Part shown: one piece after another, positions 35,400 through 49,210 of the stretch
Position numbering within the stretch: the first letter of the stretch is position 1
Layout: each line of letters starts with the position of its first letter
Assembly (NCBI GenBank): GCA_024679065.1
Contig: JAGIQG010000016.1
Span: 56,234,001 to 56,298,000 of the forward strand
Reading direction: 5' to 3'
Source of the DNA: Sphyrna mokarran
Taxonomy: Eukaryota
DNA: 64,000 nucleotides
The notes under the pieces: model-generated
Databases searched by the model: none
What the model saw: only the letters and a program-made list of their open reading frames with translations
What the model was told of the DNA's origin: nothing
Made by a program: the position numbers and the translations under genes

Positions 35400-36010
35400 T
35401 GCTATTCTATGAGAGAATCAGTGAGAGTTAAAGAGGAGCTCAGCAAGCAGGTGAACTTCTCCCTTCCTCCCGTGCAGTGTGAAGTGTTTTGCCTCTTTGC
35501 AGTGTTTACCTGGTGACCTTGTTAAAACTTGAAGCTTGAATTTTTGAGAATCATTAGTGTGAAACACTCTGTTACTCACTGTGTGACAATAAGCCAGCAT
35601 GTTTGGCTTGTGTGCATCCGTGAGCATTCCAACGATGGTTTTTAAGCTGTGCTAGTTGGACGTGGACAGGGGGCTTCCTTGAACATCTTACGGGCGTATA
35701 TTCTCTTCAGAGAATTTGCTGTCCTCAAACAGGTCAGTAACATTTGTGCGGGCATCCGTAATCATCATACGCCATCATCAATCGCATCTCAACAACACAG
35801 CTCTAGATTCATTTCAGCTGCTTTAACACTGCAGTGCAGTAGCCATCCTGCACTTGCTCAATCTCCGCCATCTGTGCATTTTCATTTCTTTTGGTGTCTT
35901 TTGGATTTAAAGCGCCATCTGTGTTTGCATAAGAGCAAATCTCTATATATAGAGGAGCTATTTCTGTCAATATGCACCATCTTATCGTCCAGTGATCTCG
36001 CCCTCGCTTC
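35400..36010. promoter_or_regulatory. CpG-retaining unique island, candidate enhancer/promoter or non-coding exon
   Basis: About 14 CpGs in 35600-36010; duplicated cgccatctgtg at 35866 and 35913; TTTGCAT at 35924. Confidence 0.4.
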
Positions 36011-36016
36011 AGTTGA

Positions 36017-36320
36017 AGTTTATTTATTATTGTCATAAGTAGGCTCACATTAACAATGCAATGAAGTTAGTGTGAAAATCCCCTCATCGCCACACTTCTG
36101 GTACCTGTTCAGGTACAGTGATGGAAAACTTCGCATAGTCCAATCCATCTAACCAGTACATCTTTCAGAATGTGGGAGGAAACCAGACCACTTGAAAGAA
36201 ACCCACACAGACAGGGGGAGAATGTGCAAACTCCACACAAATAGTGATCCATGCTGGGAATTGAACCCAGGTCCCTGCTGCTGTGAGGCAGCAGTGCTAA
36301 CCATCTGTGCTATCATGCCA
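36017..36320 (-). mobile_element. V-SINE with tail 2
   Basis: Full-length reverse complement. Confidence 0.92.
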
Positions 36321-36986
36321 TCTACAGATATTATACGTAATAATCATTACTTGATCCATAAGATTCACAATTTTGCATTCAAGCATTAACAATTTGAGAA
36401 AACAACTTTTTCTAATAGTATTGACGCATCACTTGGTGTTATTATCAGATTTTGTTGCCAGTTCTCCATTAAAAACAGAAAGTGTTGTCCAGTTCTGGCC
36501 TCATGGGCAACACAGTATCTGAGAATAAATTTGGGAATTATCCTTTTATCTTGGGGAAGCTTAGGGAAGCTTGTGGTTTATAGTTTATTGGAATCAAGAC
36601 TTAGCTTTAAGCATAAAATGAAAGAACTTTGAAACTGAAATCCTAAAACCTTAATGCTCACCCCTTCTGTTCAGTATTAATGAAAATATTTATCACGTAA
36701 TGTTCAAATCTTTTTGAAGATTATGCTACCTGTCCGGAAATAAATACAGTGCCATTATTTTTGGAACAAATTGAATGGAATGAGATCCCTTTCATTGCTC
36801 AGTTCTATTGTAAAGACTTCTAAAGTTAACTGTTGGAAGATTTTTGAAGTCACACAATTAGGCATTAATGCATTTGTTTTCCGTACAGAGTTATTTCAAG
36901 AAAACTGATTCTCACTGGAGCATTTGAAGCTAAGAGGAGTTAAAAAGCAGATTCACTGGCAATGTAAAAATTTCACTGAATTATTG

Positions 36987-37048
36987 AAATTCTTGTACTT
37001 TTTATAATCCTTGTACTTTTTCCAGAATTCCTTGTACTTTTTATAATC
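36987..37048. repeat. Short imperfect tandem repeat, three cttgtacttttt units
   Basis: Read directly from the sequence. Confidence 0.85.
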
Positions 37049-37384
37049 ATTCTGACAAAATGCCTAACCCAGAAAGGAGACAAAATTATTTCATTGCAAG
37101 CATGAGTGTTTAAACTTCTGTATTCACTGAAAGCCAACTTCTTGCAGTCTTTAGACATGCTTCAAATGAAGGAGGATTATGACAATAACACATCTGTAAT
37201 AACACATTGGGATACTATTGTACAACTGATTAGTTCATCTGAAGGTCCCCTCTCTGCTACATTAGCAAAGATGCTTATTCTAAAGTAAAAAATTTCACAT
37301 CAACAGATTGGACATTTACAGAATAATATAGGACCTAAAAATATATAAAATAGGATTTTTCTTGTGAATCATGGCTTAGAAAGT

Positions 37385-37765
37385 TGACTCCCAATCTCTA
37401 ACTCCCTTTTTGAATAGCGGGTTTACATTAGCTCCCCTCCAAACTGTAGGAACCAATCCAGAATTCAAACTTTTGAAAATTTTAGAAAGTAACCACCTAT
37501 GCATCTGCTATTTCCAGGGCCACTTCCTCAAATCCTCTGCAGTGAAGATCATCAGGCACTTGAGATTCATTCACCATCAATTTTCCCATAAACATTTCTC
37601 TACCATTGCTGATTTCCCTCAGCTCCTCACTAAAACTTGTTCCCCTCAGAACTTCTGGTACATCATTCATGTCTTCCTTTGTGAAGACAGAAGGAAGTAC
37701 AAATTTAGTTCCTCGGCCATTTCCTTGTTCCCCATTATGAATTCTTCCGTCTCTGACTGTAACAG
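37385..37765 (-). mobile_element. CR1 ORF2 internal fragment
   Basis: Minus strand resembles IMGNKEMAEELNLYFLLSSQ and LANVNPLFKKG. Confidence 0.7.
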
Positions 37766-38159
37766 TTAATGATTATTTTTAAAACAATATTGAAGACAGT
37801 GAACAGAGTGACATACAACCTTACTCATCTGCATGTGTTGACATCTGCTGGTTATAATCAAGGACATTAGTTTTGTACTGTAGAGTGTTTCCAATAGAGG
37901 TTATGTCCTTTCACTGTAACCTTTTTCTTTCACAGTAAATGGAACAGTAGTTCGTCACATTAATGAATTCCACAGATTGGCTGAAATTGGCACTTTCTGA
38001 GCACCCAAATTTCCAGAAAGACAATAGCAGACATTATATTGTGTTTTTTTTTAAATTTCAACTATGTTAATGGCACCAAACTTTTTTTTAAATTTCAAAG
38101 CAAAACAACAGAGCTAGGTTGTGGATAATACAAATTCTTAATTAGAAAATGTTGAATTT

Positions 38160-39215
38160 TCACACCAAAACTACAGTAGCTAAATTTGCAGGTGACACAA
38201 AGATAGATAGGAATGTATGTTGTGACGACAACATAAGGAGGTTGCAGATGGGTATAAATAGTTTGAATGAGTGGGCAAAAATCAGACAGGTGGAGTATAA
38301 TGTGGCAAAATACAAAGTTGTTAACTCTGGCAGCAAAAATAAAAAATCAGAGTGTTACTTAAACGGAGAACTGCTGCAGAATTCCAAGGCGTGGAGGGAT
38401 CTCGGTGTTCTCATGCATGAGTCATATAAAGTTAGCACGCAGATACAGTCAGCAATTAAGACTAATGGAAAGTTGTATTTTATTACGATAGGAACCAACA
38501 TGAAAGTAAGGATAATATGCTTCAGTTATACTAGGTATTGATGGGTCCACATTTTGAATATTGTGTACGGGATATGGTCCCCGTATTTAAGGAAGGATGT
38601 AAATACATTGGAGATGGTGCAGAGGAGGTTTGTTAGATTGATACCTGAATGAGTGGGTTGTCTGAAGGCAACAGGTTGTACAGTCTGATCCTGTTTCCAC
38701 TTGAGTTTAGAAGAGAGGTGACTTGATTGAAGTATACAACATCCTGACTGATCTTGGGATGGTGGACATGGAAAGAATCACTGGAATTTTACGGCCCTCC
38801 CACCATGAGAATCAGAGCGGGCAAGGAGCAGACAATGATCTCGGGCAGGATTTTACAGTTTTGGGACGAGTGAGGCTGTAAAATCCCATCCGATGGTTCC
38901 ACTTGTGGGTGAGTCCACGTGGTTTTAAAATTGGGAGTCAGCCTTTTAGAATGGAGAAGAGGAGAATTCTTTTCTCTCAGCGGGTTGTGTGACTCTGGAG
39001 CTCTCTGACTGAGAAGATAGTAGAGACAGAGTCATTGAATATTTTGAAGGTGGAGGTAGATAGATTTTTGTTAGGCAAAGGAATGAAATGTTATTGTAAG
39101 TCGATGGAAATGTGGAATTTGAAACACAAGCAGGCCAGCCATGATTTTACTAAATGGCGGGGCAGGCTTGAGGGGCCCAATGACCTACTTCTGCTCCTAT
39201 TTCATATAATTATAT
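38160..39215 (+). mobile_element. CR1-clade LINE, decayed RT to tail, with a family-B MITE at 38780-38892
   Basis: ORF 38149..38541 VAKFAGDTKI..LNEWAKIRQVEYNVAKYKV..RDLGVLMH. Confidence 0.9.
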
Positions 39216-39746
39216 GTCATGCATCAGGGTATTGTGAACCCCCGCCCCCATCAACCCCATGGAAATTGATGAGTTTGATTCAAGTTAAAATTGTAAAAAT
39301 GTGAAACAAGAACTCATCCTATGTCAAAAGCACCTACTTTGAATTTTAACAGAGACAGGACAAGAGGTAGACAACCAGGATGTAGATTACCTTTCAAGGA
39401 GGTGTGTGCCTCCATTTTAACATTTTTTAGATTTTTACCAACCTCAGCAAACTTGATAGGTAAAAGGACACAGAGGAATGGCTTCAGTCATTAGGTAATT
39501 GTATTTACAGCACACTTAGTGGGCCAGAAATAGTAACACCATTTTGTCTCTACACAACAAGCCACCCTGCATGCTCCTGTGATGTATCTGACCTGCCCCT
39601 GTGTGGTTGAACCTTCCTGAGCAGCATTATGAACCCTCTGACAGTAAGCTCTTCCTTCTACCCATTATCTACTGTGAGGAATGGGGTTAACTGCAACCTT
39701 CCATTTTGGACTGAATTTGCATGTTAATTGTTCAATAGTACTCACT

Positions 39747-40059
39747 GGTGGCACAGTGGTTAGCACTAAGGCCTCACAGCACCAGGGACCCAGGTTCAAT
39801 TCTGTCCTCAGGTCACTGTCTGTGTGCAGTAAGCACATTCTCCTTGTGTCTGCGTAGATTTCCTCCAGGTACTCTGGTTTCCTCCCACAGTTCAAAGATA
39901 TGGGGGTTAGGTTGATTGGCCATGCTAAATTACTCCTTAGTGTCGGGAGATTAACAGGGGAAATGTATGTGGCAACAGGGATGGGGCTTGGGTGGCATTG
40001 CTGTCAATGCAGGCTCAATGGGCCGAATGGCCGCCTGCTGTACTGCAGAGATTCTATGA
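39747..40059 (+). mobile_element. HE1-type V-SINE (CR1-type tail)
   Basis: Head, V domain and tail. Confidence 0.93.
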
Positions 40060-40849
40060 CATAAAAAGGATAGAGGTGGTACTGGGTGTTGGGTGTACAT
40101 ATGTAGAGTTGAATAGGCGAATAAGGTGAGTTTGTGAAAAAGCTGAACTTGCATTATTTTTTATTATTGTACTGCAAGTGAGAGACTTAGCATTTTCAAC
40201 TATTGCTCCCCCCTCCTCCCCTCCAGCTCCCCCACCACCTTGGCAGTGACCACCCTCTCCATTATTTATATTCCATCCTACTTCCCTAGTTTAACTCCCG
40301 AACAGCGGTGTCTCTCTGCCTCCCAACTTGCTCTTGCGTTACATGCTGCAGGCTCTCTGCACCACAGGCATTCAATCTGACAATCAGATTGTCTGTCAAT
40401 TGAGAAATCTGGAGAGAACCTTAAAGAGACACCAGGCCATCCAAAATACACGTACGTCAGGATTTCCAAATTTTAACTTCTTCCCCCAAATCCCCACTGT
40501 GATCCGCACATGCAGAGACATCAAGGCCAATGTGTATAACAAACATTTTTAATTTTACATAATGTTGTACAAATTATGAGACACTATGAATGTATATTAC
40601 CTTAAAAATAGCACAGTGAAATGTTGCTCATACATTTCCCATTTGAAAACAATCTACATGTTTTTGTATATTTAAAGTGCTGCAAGTGCCTTGCAAGTTC
40701 TCCTCATTAACCTTCGTTCCTGTGCCAATGCTTCTCTGCCACAAGCAAATTAGAGCTAAAGAGATAGAAATCTATAAAACAGAACAAAACCTGGTAGAAA
40801 ACTGCTGGTTCAAGATGTATAAAAACTTTGTAAAGTAATTAACTCGACT

Positions 40850-41486
40850 CCCAAAGGCCAGTCCCAATACCCCCCTCCCCTCCCTCACCCGAATGGCCAG
40901 CCCTGTTTCCCCTCTCCCCTGCCTCAGCCAGCGATCCTAATGCAAAGTGGCAGCAGTCCCAACTATTGCCCCCTCCCGATTGTCCTCAAAAGGCACTGCC
41001 TTCCCACCCCCCTCCCATCCCTGTAGGCTCTTGGGCAGGGTCAATTTGTCCTTTGGGCAGTGCCACGGGCCAGGCTGGCACTGCCAGGTTGGCATTGCCC
41101 AACGGGCAAACCCCCACCCTTACCCTGAACTTCCAGGGGGATTTTCAATGCTCTGTCTCCCCTCCAGTGGGATCAGGCCACCAGTTCCTTGTTAATGAGC
41201 AGCAGGAGTAAACCCTATTGGAAGGAACCATTTCTGGCAGGGGAGAGACACTAGCAGCCCTGGAGAATTCAGTCCTGGGCCTGCTAATCAGATGGAAATG
41301 CTGATTTCCATGCTGAAAACAGCTCAGTGCCAATTTCCGGCCCAGAGCTGATGATGTTGAAAAACTTGGTCCCGGACACGTGTGGAGGCCATGGTGCCCA
41401 GCGGGAATCCTGCGAAATGGACCCAGCTGATATCTGCCAGCTTGTTGTGCCACTCGAGCAGCACAGTGGGATGGGAGAATTGCCCC
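40850..41486. mobile_element. GC-rich non-autonomous TIR element, right part
   Basis: ggcagtgcca/tggcactgcc core; terminus ggagaattgcccc resembles the family TIR. Confidence 0.6.
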
Positions 41487-41649
41487 ATCTTGTCAAAACT
41501 TTTCATGTTGCACTTATCAGGACAGATACAAGAATACCTAATTTCAATGAGAGCAGCAACTCACACGGCACTAAAATTCCTACATCACATTAGTCATTTG
41601 TCTGATGGACCAAATAACTTTTTGATTCAAGGGCAGCATTCTGTCAGTG

Positions 41650-42090
41650 GAAAATATCATTCTGTTTCTGTTACTTAGTAACAGTGTCAAATGGCTAGCC
41701 TCACCTATTCAAATGAAATGAGCTGATTGATCGCTCTGTATCACGTATATTCACAAGGGGGCCAAAGGCTGTCTCTCAAACCTGAAAAATGGCCAGTCCA
41801 TCTCAAGTTCCCAGGGAAGATAAGGTTTCTCAAAAATGGGAATCAAAAAAAACTCAAAAGATAATGCCTGGCATTAGATGTGCTCCACAATTGGACAGTA
41901 CTTGCTGAACAGTCCCGTGTTACAAAAATTGCATTCACAACAAATTGAAGATTGTGAGCTGGGCTGGTTTGCCAGAAGCTACATTTATGCACACTTTTTA
42001 AAGGATGCCTGCCTCAATTTTAGCACATTTTTAGCATCCTCAGCAGGCAAAGAAAATGAACAAGTAAAGCATCTTTTTTGAATGAAACAA
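41650..42090 (+). mobile_element. Decayed Penelope-like linker and GIY-YIG remnant
   Basis: PEKWPVHLKFP and STIGQYLLNSP..EATF motifs; related to 21000-21560. Confidence 0.6.
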
Positions 42091-42799
42091 AAAGATGGGG
42101 GCAGTAGTTCCTTGGTATATTTTCCATGGCAATACTTGGACAAATCAGAATTGATTTGCCAACTAATTAGCAACCTTCCCTCATGATATGAATGGTTTCT
42201 CCCTTTGATATTTGCATCTATTCTGATAAGTGCAAGACAAAAGCCTCAACAGCATACCAGTAATTTTCCAGTAATACTCAAACTCTTTAAAACCAAGCAG
42301 ATATTTGTAAACCAATTTTGTTTTAAAAGTCAACCATTTGAATCCATCAATATCACTTTTGGAACTCATACTAAATATTACATTTTCTATCCCACAATGG
42401 CTAATTTCAAAGATTTATTTCTCATTCAGACATATGAAATTTAAGCTCATAACATCTGGAAATATGAAAAGAAACTTAGCGGTAGATCCAGATTAACACA
42501 TGTTTTGCAATTATATCAGAAGAGAAAGGTTAGTCAAGGATAATGGCAATGGCATAAGGAAATTGCAGACTTGTTGAATGATTACCTTGTGGAAGCCTTT
42601 GCTGACATTCCAGTGAAGCTAATTAAAGACTGAAATTCACTAAAGTTAAAATATAAAGAAAATAGCATTAGTGAAAAGAATGACACAAAAGACTGACTAA
42701 TCTCCAGAGCCTGGTGGCTTCCATCCCAGAGTTTAAAAGGCACAAGGAAATTGCAAATACTTCAGTCAGAATCTTCCAACATTCCCACAATTCTAGAAT

Positions 42800-43495
42800 T
42801 AAGACCATAAGACCATGAGACATAGGAGCAGAATAGGCCATTTGACACATCGAATCTACTCCACCTTTCAGTGAGATTGTAATTGATCTGATGTGATAAT
42901 CCTCAATTCCACTTCCCTGCCTTATCACCATAACCCTTGACTTAATTACCAATTAAAAACCTGTCTATTGCAGCCTTGAACATAGCTCTCCTGCAGGAAA
43001 GATTTCCACAGATTCACAGAAGAAATTCCTCCTCATCTCTGTCTTAAATGGGTGACCCTTACTCTGAGATTGTGTCCTCTGGTCCCAGATTCTCCCACAA
43101 AGGGAAACAACCTCTTAGCATCTGCCCTGTCAGACCCCCCTGACAATCACATGTGTCTCAGTAAGGTCACCTTTCATCCTTCTAAACGCCAAGGAATACA
43201 GATCTCAACCTCATACGAAAATCCCTCCATATGCAGGATCAACTTAGTGAATCTTCTCTGGATTGTCTCCAGTTCTAGGATAAGAGGAACAAAGCTATTC
43301 ACAGTGTTACAGTTGTGGCCAAACTAGTGCCTTGTATAGTTGTAGAAGACCTCCCTGTTTTTATACTCCATTCGCTTTGAAATAAAGGCCAACATTCCTT
43401 CACCTACTGAGCATGCATGTAAATTTTTTTGATTCATGCACAAGGACTTTCAAGTTTCTGTATGCCTCAGCTTTTTGCAGCCTTTCTCCCCTCAA
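42800..43495 (-). mobile_element. CR1 3' fragment within an older plus-strand CR1 remnant (about 42450-43620)
   Basis: taagaccataagacc tail; GMLAFISKRMEYK-like reading. Confidence 0.85.
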
Positions 43496-43961
43496 ATGTC
43501 TATTTAGATTGGATAACTGCAAATGTAACTTTAAAAGATAGCCAGAAATCGGGAAATGATAAACCAATTAATCTCTAACATCTGTCATGGAGCAGTTATT
43601 GGAATCCATAATTATGCTCAAAGGTTAGATTTTCATGTCATTGAGTGAGCTTCGAGATCTTTTAAAATGGCCCAACTGGGAGGGGCTCAATTCCAGGATT
43701 CCTGCCTTCATTCTCTGCTTGACCGGCAGCTCCCAGGGGGTAGGATTTTGTCACCATGGTGCCAAAGCTTAGGTTAGGCCCGACATTGGCAACATAGCAC
43801 TTAATTCAATCAGGCCTCCCCCACTGAAGCAATGCTGGTCTCCTGCCGGTTCTCTAACGAGAGGGCAGGACCCCCATTTAGAACACTAAATCCAGCTCAG
43901 TGCCGTTCACACTGATGAGGTATGTGTCGAATTGGAGGAAATAAATACAGCAAAATATAAA

Positions 43962-44070
43962 GGGCTTGATCTCACCGCTCGTTCACGCCACCGTCCCACT
44001 GCAGCAAAGTCAGAGAATTTGGCAGCCAGCCAAATCATTGTTCACTGGGTCAGGACGGGAAAATCCCAAA
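43962..44070. mobile_element. MITE family A
   Basis: gggcttgatctcacc..gagaatttggcagccagccaaa..gttcactg. Confidence 0.65.
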
Positions 44071-44076
44071 TGTTAA

Positions 44077-45178
44077 GTGCGGAATTCTCCCAAAAAAAAT
44101 CTGGTGGAAAACTGGAATGATTCATGCTGATTTTTTCAGTGAGATTTCACAGAAGAATCTCTCACAATCTATGCACTGCAGAGGACATCAGCGTGAAGAT
44201 CAGTAAATTTCAGAGGGTAGAGTTCATCCCGCTGGAGAGGCACAAATCAGTGCATGGTAGTCCCACACTGATGACCTCAGCTCAATCGTTGGCCAGCCCC
44301 GCGACACCTGCAATGCCGGCTCCCCCCCGCCCCCCAACAATGGTCCAATTGCTGGCCCCCCCAATCATTCCCACTCCCCACGAATTTTACCCCCATAGTG
44401 TTAATCCTCCCCCTTTTGCAGGCTGACCGCAACCCTCTCCCCTCCCAACTGCCTCCCCCCAATCCCCCAGCCTGCCCCAATCACTGGCCTCCCTGCTTCC
44501 CCCACCGATGGCTATGCAGAATGGTAGCGGGATCCCCAATTCCCACCAATCACCTATGGGCACTGCCCAATGAATGTTGAGTACCAGGTGCAAATGCCCC
44601 CCACTTCCCAACCTTCTGGAGGGCCCAATTGCCCCCACTTCACTCCAATGGGTTCAGGCCACTAGCTCTCTGAAAGTGGGAGCTACTGTAATCCCCACTG
44701 GAGTGAAATATTCTGGTGGAATGGGAAATGCTCGTGGGCCTGGAGACTTCAGTCATGGGCCTGCTCATTGTCATCATTTACAGTAATATAATTTTAATAC
44801 AATCAGGCCATTGAGATTAATCTACTGGACTATGAACTCCCTGATTAAGCGTCTAATTGATGAGCCAATCAGGGAGTCTTTGCCTTGTACTTAACCAGAG
44901 TGTCAGTTCCTCTGACACCCCCAGAGATAGACTGCTAACTGTTTGCACTCTGCTGTTAGAGTTTGTAAATAAAGGGATTTTGGTGAAGGAGCTTCTGAAG
45001 ATTTATTACAATTGCAACGACCATGTAAATGATCTTTCTGCATCCCCGCCGATTTCCAGCACCAGGAGATGCAAGAGGGGCACGAATGCTCATACAAACA
45101 CTGCGAATCAGTCAGCGCTAGAATCTCAAGGCCCGCTGCACCAATGTTTTAGCACAGCAGGATGAGAGAATCGCAGCC
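44077..45178. mobile_element. GC-rich non-autonomous TIR element with a nested LTR-like insert
   Basis: Right end gagaatcgcagcc is the exact reverse complement of the 31279 TIR; left end gtgcggaattctccc. Confidence 0.75.
44782..45010 (+). mobile_element. Short solo-LTR-like element
   Basis: gtaata...tattaca inverted termini, CCAAT and AATAAA; homologous to 7850-8115. Confidence 0.6.
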
Positions 45179-46029
45179 TGGATATTAATATTGAAATCTC
45201 GAGCCCCTGCGCTCAAACCTGGGCAGGGAGTTGTGTCTTTTGCAGCCTCCTTAAAATCTTTTGGGCAATCCTTGAAAATCCATGTCCAAGGGATGCCTGA
45301 CTCACTGCTTTAGATTTCTAGAATAACGGCTGATGATAAATGTTTTTTTCTCATTTCAAAAACATGTCGGCTTTCACAGTCATTTCGTTTATAGCAATAG
45401 AAAAGAACTGACTTTCTCATCTCCTACTCTCAACCTAGAGCAAAGTCATTATGACTGTAAGCAGTCTACTGTCCACGCATTTCAGTCAGTATTCATAGAG
45501 CTGTGCTAAATTCCAGTCCTCCATTCTGTAGCAATATGAGTGGGCAATGTAACCATGGCTTCCCACTTGCATTGCTATAGAAATCCTGATCACACTGCAT
45601 TGGCGTGCGCTGTGTTGTGACAGTGTAGGAACTTAAAGTGTTCCCAGAAAGTTCTGGCAAGTTGAATTCTAAATGCTGTGCTGGAATCATTACCCACATA
45701 GGAGTAGGCAGTGCATTTTCCTGGAAAATGTAGCTTAATTGATGCAATGACTATGCTCACAACAGGAAGGTTTCAGCAGTGAAAATGGTATAATTACTAT
45801 CTGAATGCTGTGCTTGGGATTTGTGTTAAATTGTAACACAGAAATTGCAATCACTTTATCCATGTGAAAGTATCAGAGAGGCTCCCTAATACAGTTGAAA
45901 ATACTGAGTGACTGCTTCTTAATGTGCAATTCGTAAGTGCACTTCTGTTCATTAAGCTTACCAGAAGCAGAAGAAGATTAAGGACATTCAGCAGCGGCAG
46001 TCGGGAAGTGATGTCTTGAGAGGAATGAG

Positions 46030-46292
46030 CCTCGGAGCTCCAGAGATCCAAGTTTGTTTCCCAGCTTGGGTCACTGTCTGTGCGGAATCTGCATATTCCT
46101 TCCGTGACTGTGTGGGTTTCCTCTGGGTGCTCCGGTTTCCTCCCACAGTCTGAAAGACATGCTGGTTAGGTGTATTGGCCATGCTAAATCCTCCCTCAGT
46201 GTACATGAACAAGCACCGGAGTGTGGTGATTAGGGAATTTTCACAGTAATTTTATTGCAGTGTAAGCATATTCCTGACACTAATAAATAAAT
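46030..46292 (+). mobile_element. V-SINE with tail 2, degenerate head
   Basis: V domain and tail 2. Confidence 0.88.
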
Positions 46293-46707
46293 GTGAATGC
46301 ATTCCAATCTTTCTTTCAGAGAATTGGATGTAGTTGTATTTTCTTATATATTCAGTTGTCACGGTAATGTATGATCCTTAAGTGCACCTATGGGAATAAA
46401 CACTAGAGTCAAAAATAAGAAAAGAAAATCTGAAAAATGAAACCTAACGGATGAGGGTACTTGTTTGATGAAAGAGAAGAGATTAGTAATATTAGCAAAC
46501 AAGTGAGACACAATCAAGGGATCATTTCCATAGTCATCATTCAGTATGGAATGGCTTCTTGTTCATGCATATTTTATTGAAGTTGATTTTGAGCAGATTA
46601 AATTTTACCCAGAAAAATCTAGTTCTGATGTGGCATAGAATTAGGAATGCTGAGCAGGCAACATGGGAATGTGCTACTATCCCATTGCTGTACAAAATGA
46701 CATGATA

Positions 46708-47022
46708 CCATAGAATCCTACAGTGCAGAAGGAAACCATTCAGCCGATTGAGTCCACACTCACCACAATCCCACCCAGGCCCTATCCCCATAACCCCATG
46801 CATTTACCCTAGCTAGTCCCCCTGATACTAAGGGGCAATTTAGCATGGCCATTCCACCTAACTTGCACAGCTTTGGACTGTGGAAGGCAACCGGAGCATC
46901 TGAAGGAAACCCCCACAGAGACACAGGGAGAATGTGCAAACTCTACACAGACAGTGACCCAAGCCGGGAATCGAATCCAAGTCCCTGGCACAATGAGGCA
47001 GCAGTACTAATCATTGTGCCGC
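46708..47022 (-). mobile_element. HE1-type V-SINE (CR1-type tail)
   Basis: Full-length reverse complement. Confidence 0.93.
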
Positions 47023-47649
47023 CCCACACCAAGTGCTTTCACCGGAATAAGCATTACAGGGAACGTAGGCTTGTTAGACTTTGAAATTGTGATGTCCTTG
47101 TTCCTTGATGCTGTTGTAATATTTCTTTTGGTCGTTGTACTGTGCCTGAGGAAATATGCCATTCTGCATAACCTGGAGTCATACTTCTTGCAGCTTTTGT
47201 GTATTTAACATTTCAGAGTATTTGACTTAATCTTTTTGTTATTTGTAAATGTCTGCCTGCAAGGTGAGAGAAAATTCTGGAATTTGTGCATGCATTAGAA
47301 TGAATAACATAAATAAAAAGCAAAGCAAAGTTTCATACCTGACTGAGATTTAATAATTTTCTGGGCAGAATCTTGTGAAACTTAAGTGCAATTCAAACAT
47401 TAATTTATGACTGTGATGATTGGCTGAGAACGAGAACTGTTGTTTCACTATTATTTCTTCAGTGCATTCTGAAATCAAAGATATTTTTCAGATGTGTGCT
47501 GATTTTGTCCCTGTATTTATTGGCATCATTTTGATCTAGTTATAAACTAGTTCTTTTTTTCATAGGCCAGAAGAAATCTTTAGTTTTCAAACATTGGTCT
47601 TTTCGTGATTCAATTGTTGCTTGGTAGATAACAAATAGCTCACCCAAAA

Positions 47650-48170
47650 AGTTTATTTATTTTGTTGGTGTCACAAGTAGACTTCCATGAACACTGCAAT
47701 AGAAACATAGAAAGAGAGGAACAGGAGGAGGACATTTGGCCCTTTGAGCCTGCTCCACCATTCATTATGATCATGCCTGATCATCCAATTCAACAGCCGA
47801 ATCCTGCTATTTCCCCATAATCCCTGATTCCATTCACCTTAAATGCAGTTTCCAGCTGCCTCTTGAATATATTCAATGTTTTGGCATCAACTACTTCCTA
47901 TGGTAATGAATTCCATAGGCTACTGAGGTTAATGTAAAAATTTCCTAATTTTTATCTGTTCGGGTACACTGAGAGGGAATTTAGCATGACCAATGAACCC
48001 AGCCAGCACGTCTTTCTGACTATAGAAGGAAACCAGAATGCCTGGAGGAAATCCATGCCAACATGGGGAAAATGTGCTGATTCCACCACAGGCAGTCACC
48101 CAAGTCAGGAATCGAACCCAGGTCCCTGGCGCTGTGAAGCATCAATGCTAACCACTGTGCCCCCATGCCA
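47650..48170 (-). mobile_element. V-SINE with tail 2, interrupted by a CR1 tail at 47700-47920
   Basis: Tail 2 breaks at actgcaat|agaaacatagaa and resumes near 47923. Confidence 0.85.
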
Positions 48171-48184
48171 ATTCTTACCTGTCC

Positions 48185-48310
48185 TGAGCACCCAGAGGAA
48201 ACCCATGCAGGCAGAGGGAGAACATGCAGACTCTGCACAGACAAGCCAGGAATTGAACTGGGTCAGTGGCACTGTGTGGCAGCAGTGCCAGCCACTGTGA
48301 CACCATGCCA
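48185..48310 (-). mobile_element. Partial V-SINE (head and V domain)
   Basis: gagcacccagaggaaacccatgcag..gccactgtgacaccatgcc. Confidence 0.8.
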
Positions 48311-48687
48311 TCCCCAGATAAAGTGATCAGTTTTTACTTCCATCACTTTGCTCTAACAGACTGGAAAGAACAGTTGATAGCTTCACCATCTTGATCCCAC
48401 TGACAAACTACTTATACTGGCATTTTGAAAGGGCCTTCTGTTGTGTTCCCAATTTACCCACCTATTTCAGGAGGTAGGTTCCTTTTAACATATAAATCTG
48501 TTCAGCTGTACAGGTAATGGATCTGAAAAGTCCTAGCCAAGATATGCTTGGATTATTTTCATGTGGCCCAAGGGAGCAAGGGTCTGTAGAGGAAAATATT
48601 TAACTTGGTGTTTGATAATTGAAAATACATCAAACCTAATTTTATTTTGACTGCATTAATTGAATAAAAATATGCCAAACCATTCTA

Positions 48688-49210
48688 CAACAACAACAAT
48701 TTTATTTTCATAGTGCAATTAAAATGTCCGGTATAATTGAGTGTTAGCATTATGGTAAATTGTCCCAAGGTACTGCACAAGAGCATTAACAAACACAATT
48801 TAACAGTCAGCAACATGAGGTGTTTCGACAAATGACCAGAGGTATGTTTTAAGGAATGCCTTTGGAGGAGGTAAGAGAGGTCAAGAGACAGAGAGACAGC
48901 ATCCGGTGATGGAGTGATTGAAACCGGAATGTCCAAGAGTTTGGAGTTGGAGGAGGACCAAGATTTTAGTGTGTTGTGGGATTGGAGGAGATAACAGATC
49001 TAAGGTGGGATGGATTTAAAAACAAGGAGTACATAAAAATGGAGACATTGCTTAACTGGGGCCTATGCAAGTCAGCTAGCTAGTGACGTAGTGGACATGG
49101 GCAATATTGGATGAGTCAAGTTGATGGAGGATGGAATATGGGAATCTGGTCAATAATACCTAGGGACAGTCAAGTCTAGAGACACAAGATGCAGAAATGA
49201 GAGCTGTTTT
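48688..49210 (-). mobile_element. L2-like LINE 3' remnant
   Basis: (caa)n tail, cccaaggtactgcaca, ttttaaggaatgcctttggaggag, caagtctagag. Confidence 0.55.

Noticed and set aside
37936-38000. Acceptor ctttttctttcacag followed by a short open frame
   Set aside because: Frame ends after about 21 codons with no recognisable similarity or supporting exons.
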